Assembly: GCA_002269645.1 (NCBI GenBank) | Contig: NIVC01002461.1 | Span: forward strand, 108,074-172,073 | DNA length: 64,000 nucleotides | Direction of reading: 5' to 3' | Source of the DNA: Macrostomum lignano | Lineage: Eukaryota | Part shown: in pieces, positions 24,695-38,130 of the stretch | How positions within the stretch are numbered: position 1 is the stretch's first letter | Layout of the letters: every line of letters begins with the position of its first letter | Made by a program: the position numbers and the translations under genes | The notes under the pieces: model-generated | The model's database searches: none | What the model was told of the DNA's origin: nothing | Seen by the model: only the letters and a program-made list of their open reading frames with translations

Positions 24695-24982
24695 GACTGG
24701 ATTCCTCATGGCTACAACCCGGCAGACAAAGAGGACGACATCTTCCGGCACAAAATGTTCCTATTCTCCTCCATCACTCTGGGCTTCGTCGTGTTCATGT
24801 ACTTCTTAGTGCACATCCCGCCGCCAAATAAGCGCGAATGGGTGACCCGCGAGGCCTACCTAGAATTGGAGAGACGGCAAAGGCTAGGCCTGCCGCTTGT
24901 TGATCGGAATCTAATCCCAGAAGATCAGATTCTGCTGCCTACTGAGGAAGAATTGGGCGACGACTATGAGATCATTATCTAA
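24695..24982 (+). CDS. NDUFB11: NADH dehydrogenase subunit B11 (ESSS)-like, last coding exon; 5' exon not located
   Basis: After acceptor TGTAG: DWIPHGYNPADKEDDIFRHKMF-(TM)-PPPNKREWVTREAYLELERRQRLGLPLVDRNLIPEDQILLPTEEEL, matching the HG[YF]...TM...EW-x-x-REA...R-x-x-x-GLP pattern of NDUFB11. Confidence 0.75.
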   Translation, partial: DWIPHGYNPADKEDDIFRHKMFLFSSITLGFVVFMYFLVHIPPPNKREWVTREAYLELERRQRLGLPLVDRNLIPEDQILLPTEEELGDDYEIII

Positions 24983-27900
24983 ATATTCGAATTCGATTGA
25001 GATGCAACTGGTCTGAACCTGTCAGTTGATGGACAATTTTTACTGTTAGTTTTTTGTCCACACTCTCCCTTTCTTCATAAATGGCAAGCACTAACTGTCT
25101 TGCTGAAAATTGCTTGTGTAGGATAGTTCTCTTTTTAAATTCTAAGTGACGTTTCTGTCATCTTAAAATAATACGTAGCAAATATCGATTTTAGGTATAA
25201 AATTATTATTGTCGTACTTTGGTTTAATAATATCAAACTACGCCCTTAGTTTTTTGCGTATTTACTTACTCACTCGTGTCCGTGTTCTACCCCTCTGTTG
25301 CAACTGTCCGACACTGTATCCGCGTCAACCTTACTTCAAAACAGTAAAATTAGATTCTTAATGTTGCTGTGTTAATGCCACTTGGTTTAGCAACTATAGC
25401 TGGATAAATTAAATTCAAATATTACATTGTCAATTTCCTTGGACGCTGTGTTGTTTGACTTGTCTTTTTTGATGTGAAAGAGATCAGACAACATTAAATA
25501 AAATAGGATCTACTCAGATTAAACACAAAAAGAAGAATCAAGAGCAGCATTGGCACGAAAGGGGATGCGCGGAAGCTATCCCATAAAGGCAACAACTTGA
25601 ATTAAAAGTATATTTGGCGTTACGAATGCAAACACCGATGCAAGAAAATTGGAACAATAAAACTTTAAAGAAAAAAATTTGAGCTGACGCAGGCAGCCAA
25701 AAAGGCACTCCACATAGCCGCCGCTAAAACGTAATTCTCTGCATTTCCCCGACGACGCATGAGGCTTCAATTCCGAGACGTACTCCTCGACGACTGTCCA
25801 GGTCACGTACCGCGCTTCCTTGCACGCTGCCAAGATGGCTTTTGTCCCCTGAAATTTTACTCCTCAACCCTGATTTTAACTGAAGGAAAAGGAAGACAAA
25901 CACAGGTGTCGTGCGCTTGTGCGCGGAAATAAATCTGGTCTCGTGGACCTTTCATTTGAGTAAAAATATATTGGCACTGCCGACCTGCCGCTACAATTGT
26001 ATGCAACAGTTAATGTCTCTTCAGCGATAGAACTACCTCTCATCACTGGCTTCAATTTGCTCCAGAAATTCCGGCCCTTCTGCGTCACCTCAGGTGACAG
26101 CTTAAAGCTGCACTGAATCTTTGGACATTCTGCGCTTCAGTCAACTGATGCGAATTCTGACGAATGGCTGACTGAAAACAACTAAACTAATGTCGTATCT
26201 ACGAGCTGTCTATTTTTACAGCTGAACAACAGTCTCGGATTTGACCTTGACTATACTATAAGCTGCATTTTAGGGGAAAGTCTGCATGGTCATGGTCTTG
26301 TTTAAATAATAAATAAAATCATATACAGTAGTCACTTCATTTTACTGTCGTGTGTACATGTACATGCAGCATTTGAATCTATCATTCTTTTATGTACTGT
26401 GCATAAAAATTGTGCCACAATTCTATGCTCCGTTCTGAAAAGACGTCTTGCCCCTTGAGTTTCGCGAATCTTTTGAGATGCGTCGACGTCCATACTTAAT
26501 TTGAAATCGGCATATCTATCTACGCAATTATTCAGATTTCTACAGAGTAAATTTATATACAGTGTAAAAATTAATAAAAAAATTGACGGCGGGATCAAGC
26601 ATAAAAAACGAGCTTCTCCGCGCAAGTGAAAAAGTCGGAGACATGAGTTTTAAATAATTTGGTTTGATTGAATTTCTCGATCTTTGAGTTTTAGGTCGGG
26701 TCACAAATGTTCTATGCTCTTTTAAACCATTCGATCACAAGAAAGATGCCAAAGGACAAATGGTTATTCCAAATTTAGGAATTTAGGAATCTCAAGTTAC
26801 GAATATTTCCTGGTCTTGGACTGTAGAAGTAATATTTTTTATTTTGCTGTTGAAATTTCTGTTTTGTGTTTTGACATTCTACGAGTCTCGTAAATGTAGG
26901 CCTTCATAAAGCTCATAATATTTTGATGAGCGGAGAAAACATTGCATGCTCTGACGTGTACCTTCTATGAAAATCTACAGCTCAAATTTGATTAAGAATT
27001 CATATTTATCGCGACATAGTTAGTTGAGCTTTTTTAACCCAAGTTATTGTTTTTTGTCAAAAAAAGTTATAGTAACAAGTATTCAATAATTTTGTTGTCC
27101 AATATTATTTCATATCTTAATCTAAAATTTGATTATCTGGTTTTTAAACTTACAGCGTTCATTTGAATCAATCACAAATCCGAATTCAATTGAACTTAAA
27201 AACTGCAGCGGTAAATTCCATTCAATGCATAACTGAGTCAAAAAAACGATAGTCGATAGTATTTTCCTTTAGTAATTAGCAGTATCATGAGGTAAATTTA
27301 TTGTAGTTTAATTTCAGTTAGGGACACAACTTAAGCTGCAATGAATTAATTTAAACATAGGCCTATGGTTTTAAATCCGCTAAGACTAAGAGTTTATCGT
27401 TGTGACGTGTTCGTGTTTTACATTGTGTCCCAGCCATCGAGAAGCCCTACTCAATAGGCTAATAATTAAAATAGGTCTAGTAGATGTTTGTTAGGCTTGT
27501 CACTTTGTAGCAAAGCAGAAAGAGCATGCAAAGGTGTGTAATTCGATCTGTCAACTTCAATGAAGATTTTTGTAAGTCGTTTTTCATATTCCTTTTTTGT
27601 CTATTCTGTCTATTCTTAAGACTAGAAGTAGGGCCTAGACCTATGGACCTTAATGTGGATCCTGAGATTTGCCGATATGCATTTGAAATGCAAATGTAAT
27701 AATTTTGCAATACAATTCTGTTAACAAAAAATAAACTAGACAGGAGGAAAAATACCTAAGAAGCATAGTCATTAATTTTTTTAGTTATAAATATTTTAAT
27801 ACAATAATAATAACCTATCATACTTTGCTTAATAAGAGCCATTTTTAAAATTGACACTAATTAAACAATATGCCCTAGGTGCTTTTATAATTTTAAACTT

Positions 27901-28121
27901 AAAAAATAGTGAGTTCCAAGTCTAACTGCTAACATACAATAAAATTGACATTAGACTTGTCTTAGAGCTCTCAAAATTTGAGATTTTATTAAGACAAGAA
28001 AGGGTTATAAGTCTAAAAATTCTAGATAAGATGAGACAAGAATAATCCAAATATAAAATCTAAAATTAAAAAATTTCAATCAAATAAACAACACTACACT
28101 TAGAAACATGGCAGCCATGTC

Positions 28122-29318
28122 TAGAGGTTGGACGGGATCCTGATCCCGATCCCGAAATCTTGGGATCCCGAGGAAAATTGAATTCCCGCAGGACCAGAAT
28201 CCTGACCCTAAAAAACTTAATATTTGGGAACAGGTCCTTTGGGGCGATTACTAATTTATAGAATTAGTGATTACTTAAAAGTATTTACTTTAACTTGTAC
28301 TTGTTATATTATTTACTTTGTTGTGTCGTAGGGGTTACTTCTGTCCCTACAAATTATCCCGCTGTTGACACCAAAGTTGTCATAGGCCTCTTGGCTCTCT
28401 ATAAAAAATCCTCTGTCTAGAAATCTCAGCCACTGACACCAAAGTTGTAACAGGGCTAATTCTTCCTTCTTAATAATATCTCACTAATTCTACTGCTGAC
28501 ACTAAATCTTGCCTTAATGTTTCTAACTGTTTCTTAGAATTTCATTTGAATATTCTGGTAGCGTTTTATGTATTAGTCTGGTAGCGTCTTATGTATTAGT
28601 CTAGTAGCGTCTTATGTATGGCCTGAGTGGTCTAGTACTGGTACATGAACTTATTAGATTGTCCTAGTCAGGCATTCACCGGGATTAGAGGGTCATAGCA
28701 CAACTCTCTGAATTTCCCTTTTTAATATTTTCCCAATCCCTTCTCTTAGTAAGTTTCTGAGCACTGTTACTCCCTTTTTCTTTAAAATAACTAACTCAAC
28801 AAGATTTCAAAGTTTATCTGAGAATATAGAACAAACCAATATTATAGTGCACAAATATTTCGAAAGCAAGAAAAGGTTACTTTTATTTGGCAAAAATCAC
28901 TCGTATATATACTGTTTCAGACGGCTATGTTTATAACAAAAATATTTATCGATAATATTTTGCATGGTAAAACAAATGCTAAAATTAGTTTCTAGTTTGT
29001 GCGCGAATTTAACATGGTTATAAATTGGCTAATTTACATGTATGAATCGTAATAGGCATTTTATTAGGTACAAAGAATAGTAAAGGTAATTAACAGAAAC
29101 ATACACTAGCACAGTTGGTTACAAAACTTCATATCAATTTTGTTGTGTTTTACTTCTTGATCTTGACAATCTTTTCTCAATTTTGTTTAACTTTACATGG
29201 ACAATACACTAAAAGACCTGATCCCAATTCCCAAATCCCAATCCCGATCCCAATCCCAAGAAAAAAATTATTCCCAATCCCGATCCCACCCAAAGATTTC
29301 AATCCCGTCCGACCTCTA
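28122..29318. mobile_element. 1197-bp non-autonomous hAT element with (A/G)ATCCC subterminal repeats
   Basis: TIR TAGAGGT(T/C)GGACGGGAT; exact 8-bp TSD GCCATGTC at 28114-28121 and 29319-29326. Confidence 0.9.
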
Positions 29319-29410
29319 GCCATGTCTATAGTGCAGAAACTTATAGACACAATGGCTATGTCTCTAATAGTGACTAGCTCTATATTTATAGATATGACTA
29401 CCATGTGTTG

Positions 29411-32022
29411 CCCGACCGAAAATATTTGTCCTTTCAAAAACAGTAAGTGTGCCAGTTGTGCCACAAATATGCCCTTTGACAGAGTTATAAATGTCTTTGT
29501 ATGTCATATTTGGCACACTTGATACAATTGTACCAATTGTGCCGTAGCTATGCCATTTGGCACAGTTTGTAAATGTCGATGTATGTCCTATTTGGCACAC
29601 TTGCCAATGAAACCAATTGGCACACTTGGCACACTTGCTACAATTGTGCCAGTTGTGCCACAGCTATACCATTTAGCACAGTTATAAATGTCTTTGTATG
29701 TCCTATTTGGCACACCTGGCACAAATAACCTTTTTATAGCTAATTCCTCTTGGAAACCATTTGGCACACTTGGCGCACTTACTACAAGTGTACCAGTTGT
29801 GCCACAGCTATACTATTTGACACAGTTATTTAACTGTCTTGGACTGTCCTTCTTGGCACACTTGGCACGAATATCCTTTTTATAGCTAATTGGTTATTAA
29901 AACAGACTGGCACACTTGGCACACTTGCTACAATTGTACCAGTTGTGCCACAGCTATGACATTTGGCACAGTTATATGTCTTTGTCCTTCTTGGCACACT
30001 TGGCTCAAATAACCTTTTTTATTGCTAATTACCTAACAAAACTGTTTGATGCACACCCGGTGCAACTTGCACTGAGGCTGCGACGTCAGTAGCTTCGATT
30101 TTGGCAGATGACTGGCAGGTTTTCACTCCCAACTTGCGGCATGATCTGCTCAGACGCTCGAAAATGGCGCAACCGCGTTTGATTGACGCCATTACAAAAG
30201 AACTAAAGCAGCAGATCACGCAGCATCTCGCCGTCCATCTAGATCAGCTCGTGGACCCAGCCGTCACAGTTGACAACATGCTGGTCGACGACAATGGAAA
30301 GAAATTATACTACGGTAAGAAATTAATAGTCCTTCATTTATGATCGCGCAAATATCCTATTGTTACTCTCAAACGCTCTTCAATCCTTAAAAAACACCTC
30401 TGCAGCCAATCGGTTTTGCCTTTACGTCCAACGTCGCTCGGACCAGGGTCATGGCCAGTAAGGATATATCAAGAACCAACGACTCCGGCCAACCTCAATG
30501 CACTTCTCCGCGAGATGGTGCGGGGGTGCTTCAGCGACGACGAGATTTTGGTAACGTCGTTGAGCGGTCGCGCTACTGAGCCTGGTCGGCCACGCCTGCT
30601 ACCTGGCTGGAATCGACATCCCAACCAATGAAAGCGATTGAAAAGGCCTACGTCCGATGCTCCATCACCGTCAGTCGGCGTGAAAAGCAATCCGGACGTT
30701 TGCCTGTAAAGAAACTTCGTCAAGGTGCGGCTGCCAATGTCACTGACACTGTGCAGTCGGAGGCGGCTAATGCACTCGCGAGGACTGAGCGCGGGATATC
30801 GGCTGTTGCATCTAGCAAAACTAAACTTGTTTGGCAGATGCGGGACCCGTCTAGCTTGGTCTGTCTCCCTCATGTTTCTGGTTTTGTTTTCCCCTGGAAA
30901 TATGCTCTTTCCCACATAAAGTAACCAACTACATTACTATAGTTAGTTCCAGACTCGTAAATTACAATAGCACCAGGAATCAGACTTGTTGTCTAACTAG
31001 AAAAGTATAGGGGAACAGAGGTATTGGAGTTGGTTTCACTAATTGCTTGTTTTTTATCTAGTTGTTTGTTTGTGCTTTTTAAATTAATACATTAGATGTA
31101 TACATGTTGTTACATTAAAATCCTGTGCCACGTGTAGTCGACTCAGTAGTTAATTTGTTACATTGCATGTTTTAGTTTCAAATGTATTAGAAGTGTAAAC
31201 TCTTTAGCTGGCACCACAATTTTCATGCACCGCGCTTTTTAATTACGTTGTTTTTTGTTTCCTGTCCAATGTCCGCTGTCTGTTATGTTTCTTTCCGTTA
31301 ACTTCTAGTATGCATTTTTTAATTCCGCAGCCTCCCCTTTTTCCTGTTTTATACATGTTTTTTGTCCTATTTGCTACTTCCCATTAAATATATACGTATT
31401 TATGCAACATCCCTTTTTCCAACTGTTTTAATATGTTTATGTTCGCGCTCAACATTATTTTAAAGTTTAATTTACATTAACAACTCTTTTCAATTTGTCT
31501 TCCCTCATTTAAACATGAGAAGGACCTCTCGCAAATCTTAGCTACTTCATACACTTCATAACTCGTAGTTGACTAACGGGTCAACTATGACAGCATCAGA
31601 TAGAACATTATGCGCTTAGTTCAACTGCTTTAAACTGCAAATTCACTCGTCTGGAGAATTTACGCTAAATGGCACAGTACGCGCTAGTTTAACTGCTTCT
31701 AGCTGCACATTTACTCGTATGGTGCCAAATGGTACATTTATGGCACAGTTGTGCACAATTATAAGCACTCAAAAATAGCTGAGACAACTGGCACAGTTGT
31801 GGCACAGTTGTGGCACAGCAGTGCACAATTAAAAATTTGATTCTTAATTGTGTCACATGTGCCAATTGGCACAGCTTGGCACAGTTATATTTGTGCCAAG
31901 CTGTGCCACCAATTGTCGATTCTCACAAATTTCGTGTCGTTTCGACAGTTATTTTGGGATTCCCCCCAATTCATTTTTATGTGCTATTTGACGCATTTAA
32001 AGAACAATCATTTCCGGTCGGG
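29411..32022. mobile_element. CMC/EnSpm-like non-autonomous element with subterminal GGCACA/TGTGCC repeat arrays and cargo ORFs
   Basis: TIR CCCGACCG(A/G)AAAT (12/13 match), TG on both flanks; arrays at ~29440-30010 and ~31730-31920 in both orientations. Confidence 0.55.
30101..30924 (+). pseudogene. BEN-domain-like gene relic (exon 30101..30314, donor GTAAG at 30315; BEN-like exon from ~30447; frameshift near 30620)
   Basis: ANLNALLREMVRGCFSDDEILVTSLSGRATEPGRPRLLP followed, in another frame, by MKAIEKAYV. This fits the BEN pattern LL-x-x-L-F-S-x-E-E-L-x-x-x-S-L-x-G...P-x-L-x-P...I. Confidence 0.5.
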
Positions 32023-32323
32023 TGCATTCATCTGTTGCAGGGTTCACACTTAAAGACATGGTAGATGGCCATGTTAATATTGAATAGGTTCACACTTAGA
32101 GACACAGTGGGTGGTCATGTTGTTAATATTAAATGGGTTCACACTTAGAGACATGGTGGGTGGCTGTGTTGTTAATATTGAATGGGTTCACAGTTCACAA
32201 TTAGAGACATAGTAGGTGACCATGTCATTAATATTGAATGGGTTCACATTTAGAGACATGGTGGATGGCCGTGTTGTTAATATAAATGGATTCATACTTG
32301 GAGACACATTGGGTGGCCATGTT

Positions 32324-33142
32324 TATAATATTGGAGCTTATAGGCATGGCTGCCATATATATAATCATCAATTTAGAATGTGTATTTTGTAGGGATCTCT
32401 TATAACATAAGCAAATAGTGGCTTAGTTGATAAGTTAATAAGTTAATTCCCTTGTGATTACATGAAAAAGTTCAAATCCCAAGTGGTCATGGTTTTTTTA
32501 ATTTGAAATTTTTTTAACTAAATCAAATTAAAATTTTAAGAATAACACTAAATCTTAAAGTGTGGCTGTAATTATACATGTAGCTACTGAAAAAAAATTT
32601 TTTTTCAATATATATTGGCCGTACTTTGTCATGAGTTAAACATTATATAGCCTTACTAAATGCATAATTAAGTGACTTGAGAATAAATGAAAATCCAGCA
32701 ATAATTGACGAGTATAAACAAAAATATGGCAAACTTCTTATAATATAAAATTTGTTAATTTGTAATAATCAGTAAGTTCAAATACTTACAGATATAGCTA
32801 TGTATATACTTGCAGCCACACTTTAAGATTTAGTGAACATTTCTACTCTTATTAAAAAAATAATTTTAATTATTATTTTATTTTAATTAAAAAACCTAAA
32901 AAGTTCAAGATGGAAAAAATTCTGTTCACTAAAAAAATTAAATAAAAAAAATGCTTACTTCTTGGGATTTGAAACTTCTTACATGCAATCACAAGGCAAT
33001 TGACATATCCACTAAGCTACCATTTGCTTATGAGAGAGCCTTACAGAACACACATTTTATATCGATGATAATAGCCATGCCCATGCTTATAAGCTCAAAT
33101 ATAATAGACATGGCCACCATGCCTATAAGCTCCAATATTATA
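32324..33142. mobile_element. Foldback-type element with long diverged inverted arms
   Basis: TATAATATTGGAGCTTATAGGCATGG at 32324 versus its reverse complement ending at 33142; the inner pair TAAATCTTAAAGTGTGGCTG / CAGCCACACTTTAAGATTTA also matches. Confidence 0.6.
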
Positions 33143-33379
33143 GACACAGCCACTGTGCCTATAAGTACTCTGATTGAGTAGTGATCAGTCATTCGAAAAC
33201 TCCCACTTCCAGACGCTTAAGCCTACAAACAAAATCAGTGATCACTTACTGTTGCAGGCTCCTCTTTGTTGTGCAAGTCTGTAGAGCTTGTCTTCTTAAG
33301 TCTGCTTCCTCCGGAATAGTCCTCTTGAAGTCCTTGAAGTCCAAAATAGGCCAAATGTGAGAGCATAACAATCAGTCAA

Positions 33380-33520
33380 ACTGTTTCTTGAGTGCAAAAA
33401 TCAATGTATTCCTCGAGTGCAGAGGTCAATGTATTCCTTAAGTGCAGAGGTCAATGTATTCCTTGAGTGCAGAAGTCAAGATGTATTTCTCGAGTGCAGA
33501 GGTCAATGTATTCCTTGAGT
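33380..33520. repeat. 25-bp tandem repeat (TCAATGTATTCCTCGAGTGCAGAGG), ~5 copies
   Basis: Direct periodicity. Confidence 0.8.
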
Positions 33521-34420
33521 GTAGAAATCAAATTGGACAGGAAAAGCTAGCAATAAAATTGTTCTCCATTAATCACATAAAAGACTCAAATAACTTATTA
33601 TTTGATAATTTTCTCTCTCAGAAATATAGCCTTGCTTCATTGCTATGGCAAAGCACAAGATATTTTAAGGCTGCTATAAGTCTTGCTGCTAAGAGGGAGA
33701 AGGAGAGGGAGAGCTGCGGCCAGTGGCAGCCAACAACTCAGAAGGGCGCAGGGCACAGCTGACAAAAGGGGGCACCCAACACTAAAATAGTGCTCACTTC
33801 ATTAGTAACATGACTCATATTTCATCATAAGTTACAACATGATTCATCTTTCATCATAGTTTTGCTATGCATGTTTACATTAGTCTACTCACTGTAGCAT
33901 CTTATGGTACTCTACACTATATAGAATAGAGCTATAGTCTAGTCTAGTGATTTTATGTGCCAATGGTCTAGACAAGTTAGGGCCACAATGTACTCCCTAT
34001 GTATACCTATTCATGTGACTGGATATACATATCTATGTACTTATATGTATGCTTAAGAGAGTTGATAGAATTGACAGTGATGCTTTTCACTAGTTGTGAC
34101 AAACTTGTTTTTTAAGTCCTAAGTTGGACACACCTCCCTCTAAGAAGAATAAATAAATAAGGTTAAAAACAGCTTGGTTATTATCCTATTATACAGTATA
34201 ATTGTTTTTAAAAAATAAAATATCATTATTTGCATATAAAGCTTATAATAATAACCTAAAGCTTTAAGGCCCCAACTCTTAGCCTACTTGTTTAGATAAC
34301 TAATTTATTGCTCAATAAAGCCTTTGAGTAGCTTTGCCTAATTTCAGTAAACTAGTTACTAAATATAATTTAAATTTGCTTCATATTTCTTTCTTATAAG
34401 ATTTTCCTTACACACTTTAG

Positions 34421-37400
34421 CTTGCTTCACCTGCTGTCCTGAGAATGGTGCTTTGGTCTTCAATGTCAACCCGTTAGCCTATCTGGGGCAGCTTGGTAAG
34501 TCATTTTGACATCTTCATCAAATTATTAAAATTTTTACTTTCTTATACATAGACCCAAGAAAGTATACTTTCTTATTATCCAACCTATTTCGATTCTAAT
34601 TTCTCAATACATATCCTCGCTAATCCCAGATGGAGAGAAGCTGGGCAGTTTGTCATCAGCCAGCATGCTTGGCCGCAGCAACATGTTCGCTCTCGTTGGC
34701 GGAGGCAAAACGCCCAAATTTGCCGAGAATGCGGGTTAGTTAAATCTTGATGGTCGCATTTTCATCCCAACAGTAGCACGATTTTATTTTTACCCTTTAT
34801 TTTCTACATTTTGTGCAACATTTTAGTAATTATCTGGGACGAAGCAAAGAAAGATTTTGTTATGGAGTACGCCTTCAATTCGCCCGTGCTTGGAGTTCTT
34901 CTAAGAAAGAGCGGGTAAGCTTTAGTTTGCTAAAAAATCATTCACTGATCCCATCTTAACATTCCCAATAATCATTCACTGATCCCATCTCATTATTCCC
35001 CACAATCAATTCACTGATCCCATCTCAACATTCCCAATTATCATTCACTGATCCCATCTCATTATTTCCAATACTCATTCACTGATCCCATCTCATTATT
35101 TCCAATACTCATTCACTGATCCCATCTCATTATTTCCAATAATTATTCACTGATCCCATCTCATTATCTCCAATAATCATTCACTGGTCCCATCTCAGCA
35201 TTTCCAATAATTATTCACTGATCCCATCTCAGCATTCCCAATAATCATTCACTGATCCCATCTCAGCATTCTTAATAATCAATTCACTGATCCCATCTCA
35301 GCATTCCCAATAATCATTCACTGATCCCATCTCAGCATTCTTAATAATCAATTCACTGATCCCATCTCAGCATTCCCAATAATTATTCACTGATCCCATC
35401 TCATTATTCCCAATAATCATTCACTGATCCCATCTCAGCATTCCCAGTAATCATTCACTGATCCCATCTCAGCATTCTTAATAATCAATTCACTGATCCC
35501 ATCTCAGAATTCCCAATAATTATTCACTGATCCCATCTCATTATTTCCAATAATCATTCACTGATCCCATCTCAGCGTTCCCAATAATCATTCACTGATG
35601 CCATCTCAGCATTCCCAATAATCATTCACTGATGCCATCTCATTATTTCCAATAATCATTCACTGATCCCATCTCAGCATTCCCAATAATCATTCACTGA
35701 TGCCATCTCATTATTTCCAATAATCATTCACTGATCCCATCTCATTATCTCCAATAATCATTCACTGATCCCATCTCAGCATTCTCAATAGTTATTCACT
35801 GATCCCATCTCAGCAATCTCAATAATCAATTCACTGATCCCATCTCAGCATTGCCAATAATCAATTCACTGATCCCATCTCAGCATTCCCAATAATCAAT
35901 TCACTGATCCCATCTCATTATCTCCAATAATCATTCACTGATCCCATCTCAGCATTCCCAGTAATCAATTCACTGATCCCATCTCAGAATTCCCAAAATC
36001 ATTCACTGATCCCATCTCAGAATTCCCAAAATCATTCACTGATGCCATCTCATTATTTCCAATAATCATTCACTGATGCCATCTCATTATTTCCAATAAT
36101 CATTCACTGATGCCATCTCATTATTTCCAATAATCATTCACTGATCCCATCTCATTATCTCCAATAATCATTCACTGATCCCATCTCAGCATTCCCAATA
36201 ATCATTCACTGATCCCATCTCAGCATTCTCAATAGTTATTCACTGATCCCATCTCAGCATTCCCAATAATCATTCACTGATCCCATCTCAGCATTCTCAA
36301 TAGTTATTCACTGATCCTATCTCAGCAATCTCAATAATCAATTCACTGATCCCATCTCAGCATTGCCAATAATCAATTCACTGATCCCATCTCAGCATTC
36401 CCAATAATCAATTCACTGATCCCATCTCGTCAGGTCATTCCCAATAATCAATTCACTGATTCCATCACATTATTTACAACAATCAATTAAATGATCCCAT
36501 CTCAACGTTATGATATCATAATATTCCCCATCCCATTATAAGATTGAGAATGTCCATATGGAAGGGATAATCTTCCCATTCTCTCCCATATGCAGCCTAG
36601 TTGTGCTGCTGCAAAGCTCAGTGCAGATATTCGATTTTCCTGGCCAACCGGAGCGTCGAGTGGCCCGCCTGGACTGCTGGCCGGCGGCCGGGTCTGCCCG
36701 AGGCTTGGCCAGCCTGTCCGGCAAGTTGTTAGCCTTCGCAGCGAGAGGTCAGCCTGGCTATGCTCAACTGGTTCGGTTAGATAGACTGAACTCTGCTCCG
36801 GTGCTCATTCACGTGAGTCGGTCTTGGAAACTAGTGCTAATTAGGCGAATGGTTGGGTTTGACAGTTGGTAAACAAAGCTTGGGGATTGGGAAGATTAGG
36901 GACTGCGAAGCCTAGGGATTAAGAAGCTTAGGGATTGAGAGATTAGGGGTTAATAGATTAGGGATTCGGATATTAGGGATTGGGAAGATTGGGGATTGGA
37001 AAAATTGGGTATTGGGGAGATTAGGGATTGGAAGATTAAGGATTGGAAAGCTTAGGGATCTATGATTGCAACCTAGTGATTTATGATTGCAACTGAGGGA
37101 TTTAAAAAAAACTAAGCAGCCTCAAACGCCACCAACCTACAGGCTCACCAGGCTCCCCTAGCGGCGCTGCAGCTCAGCCCAGACGGGGAGCTGCTGGCCA
37201 CCGCCGGGTCTCGCGGCACTCTCGTCCGCCTATTTGGCACAGCGAATCGCCGACTGCTCCGTCAGTTGCGCCGAGGCGCCGACCCGGCTCTGCTGTACAG
37301 TCTAGCCTGGAGTCCGGCCAGCGACTGGGTGTGCGCCGCCTCGGACAAAGGCACCGTGCACGTCTGGTCGGTTGGTAGCGGCGCTTCGACCAGTAGCTTC

Positions 37401-37760
37401 GATCAGGATGCCGATCAGCACGTCGCTTCCTCCTCGTTGTCGTCGGCCTCGTCGACCTCCTCGCCGCAGTCGTCAGCCGCCGCTTCGCCAGTCAATCATC
37501 ATTCGTCATCAGTTGCAGCCTCGCTGCCGTCGTCTGGTTCTGGCGGCAAGTTTCTCTCTGATTTAGTTGACGGTGCCAGGGCGGATGTGACCTTCAGCCT
37601 GCCGCCGGATACTCGCTCCTGCGTGGCTTTTGTAGGGCCGCAGTGCATTGTAGCCCTGACGCTTGACGGGGCCTATCAGCGTTATAGTTTTACGCAGAGC
37701 TGCGCCACCCGCGACGCATTCGATGTATTCACCGATATGGCGCTGGATTCCGAGTTTTAG
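34421..37760 (+). CDS. WDR45: WDR45/WIPI4-like phosphoinositide-binding beta-propeller (autophagy); 5' exon not located
   Basis: join(<34421..34495,34630..34734,34827..34914,36596..36812,37143..37760), phase-consistent. CFTCCPENGALVFNVNPL, MLGRSNMFALVGGGKTPKF, VIIWDE, AHQAPLAALQLSPDGELLATAGSRGTLVRLF, LRRG motif, DKGTVHVW. Confidence 0.85.
34945..36530. repeat. 34-35-bp tandem minisatellite (TTCACTGATCCCATCTCAGCATTCCCAATAATCA), ~46 copies, WDR45 intron
   Basis: Direct periodicity. Confidence 0.95.
36880..37075. repeat. Degenerate ~16-bp TTAGGGATT-containing repeat, last WDR45 intron
   Basis: Repeated TTAGGGATT(G)GGAAGA. Confidence 0.75.
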
Positions 37761-37910
37761 ACTTAAACGCGTGCGTTAATATTTTGAATTTAAATTGTGA
37801 AATAAGAGGTTAAAATGCTTCCAAGATAGACTACTACTACTCAACTAACAGTAGTTTGCACGCAAATTTGCTAAATTTTTATTAATTTGCTCTCCACTAG
37901 CCTCACCTCC

Positions 37911-38130
37911 GGGAGCCGTAGCCGAAGTGTTCCAGTGCTGTGCTCTCACGTGCCAGCGGCCCAGGCTCGATTCCAAGTGCAGTCGAATTAATTTGGGGCT
38001 GAATTGGAATCTCGGCTTGACTCTGCTCGTTCAATTAACAGCCTTGAGGGCCAACCCCATGCTTAACGCCCCTACCTCTAATATATAATAGCCTCATCCC
38101 CAGCCTTTACTCTCAGCTACCCTCTACCTA
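37911..38130 (+). mobile_element. Possible tRNA-derived SINE
   Basis: A-box-like TAGCCGAAGTG (37919-37929) and B-box-like GGCTCGATTCC (37964-37974) at tRNA-like spacing; no clean cloverleaf; 3' end approximate. Confidence 0.45.

Noticed and set aside
25576-26130. GC-rich minus-strand ORFs (GTKAILAACKEA... resembling an epimerase helix)
   Set aside because: Candidate donor (26037) and acceptor (25848) phases do not join the two ORFs, and no other family motifs were found.
33150-33780. Second possible minus-strand LTR remnant ending in CCCAACA
   Set aside because: The other boundary and the TSD could not be defined.
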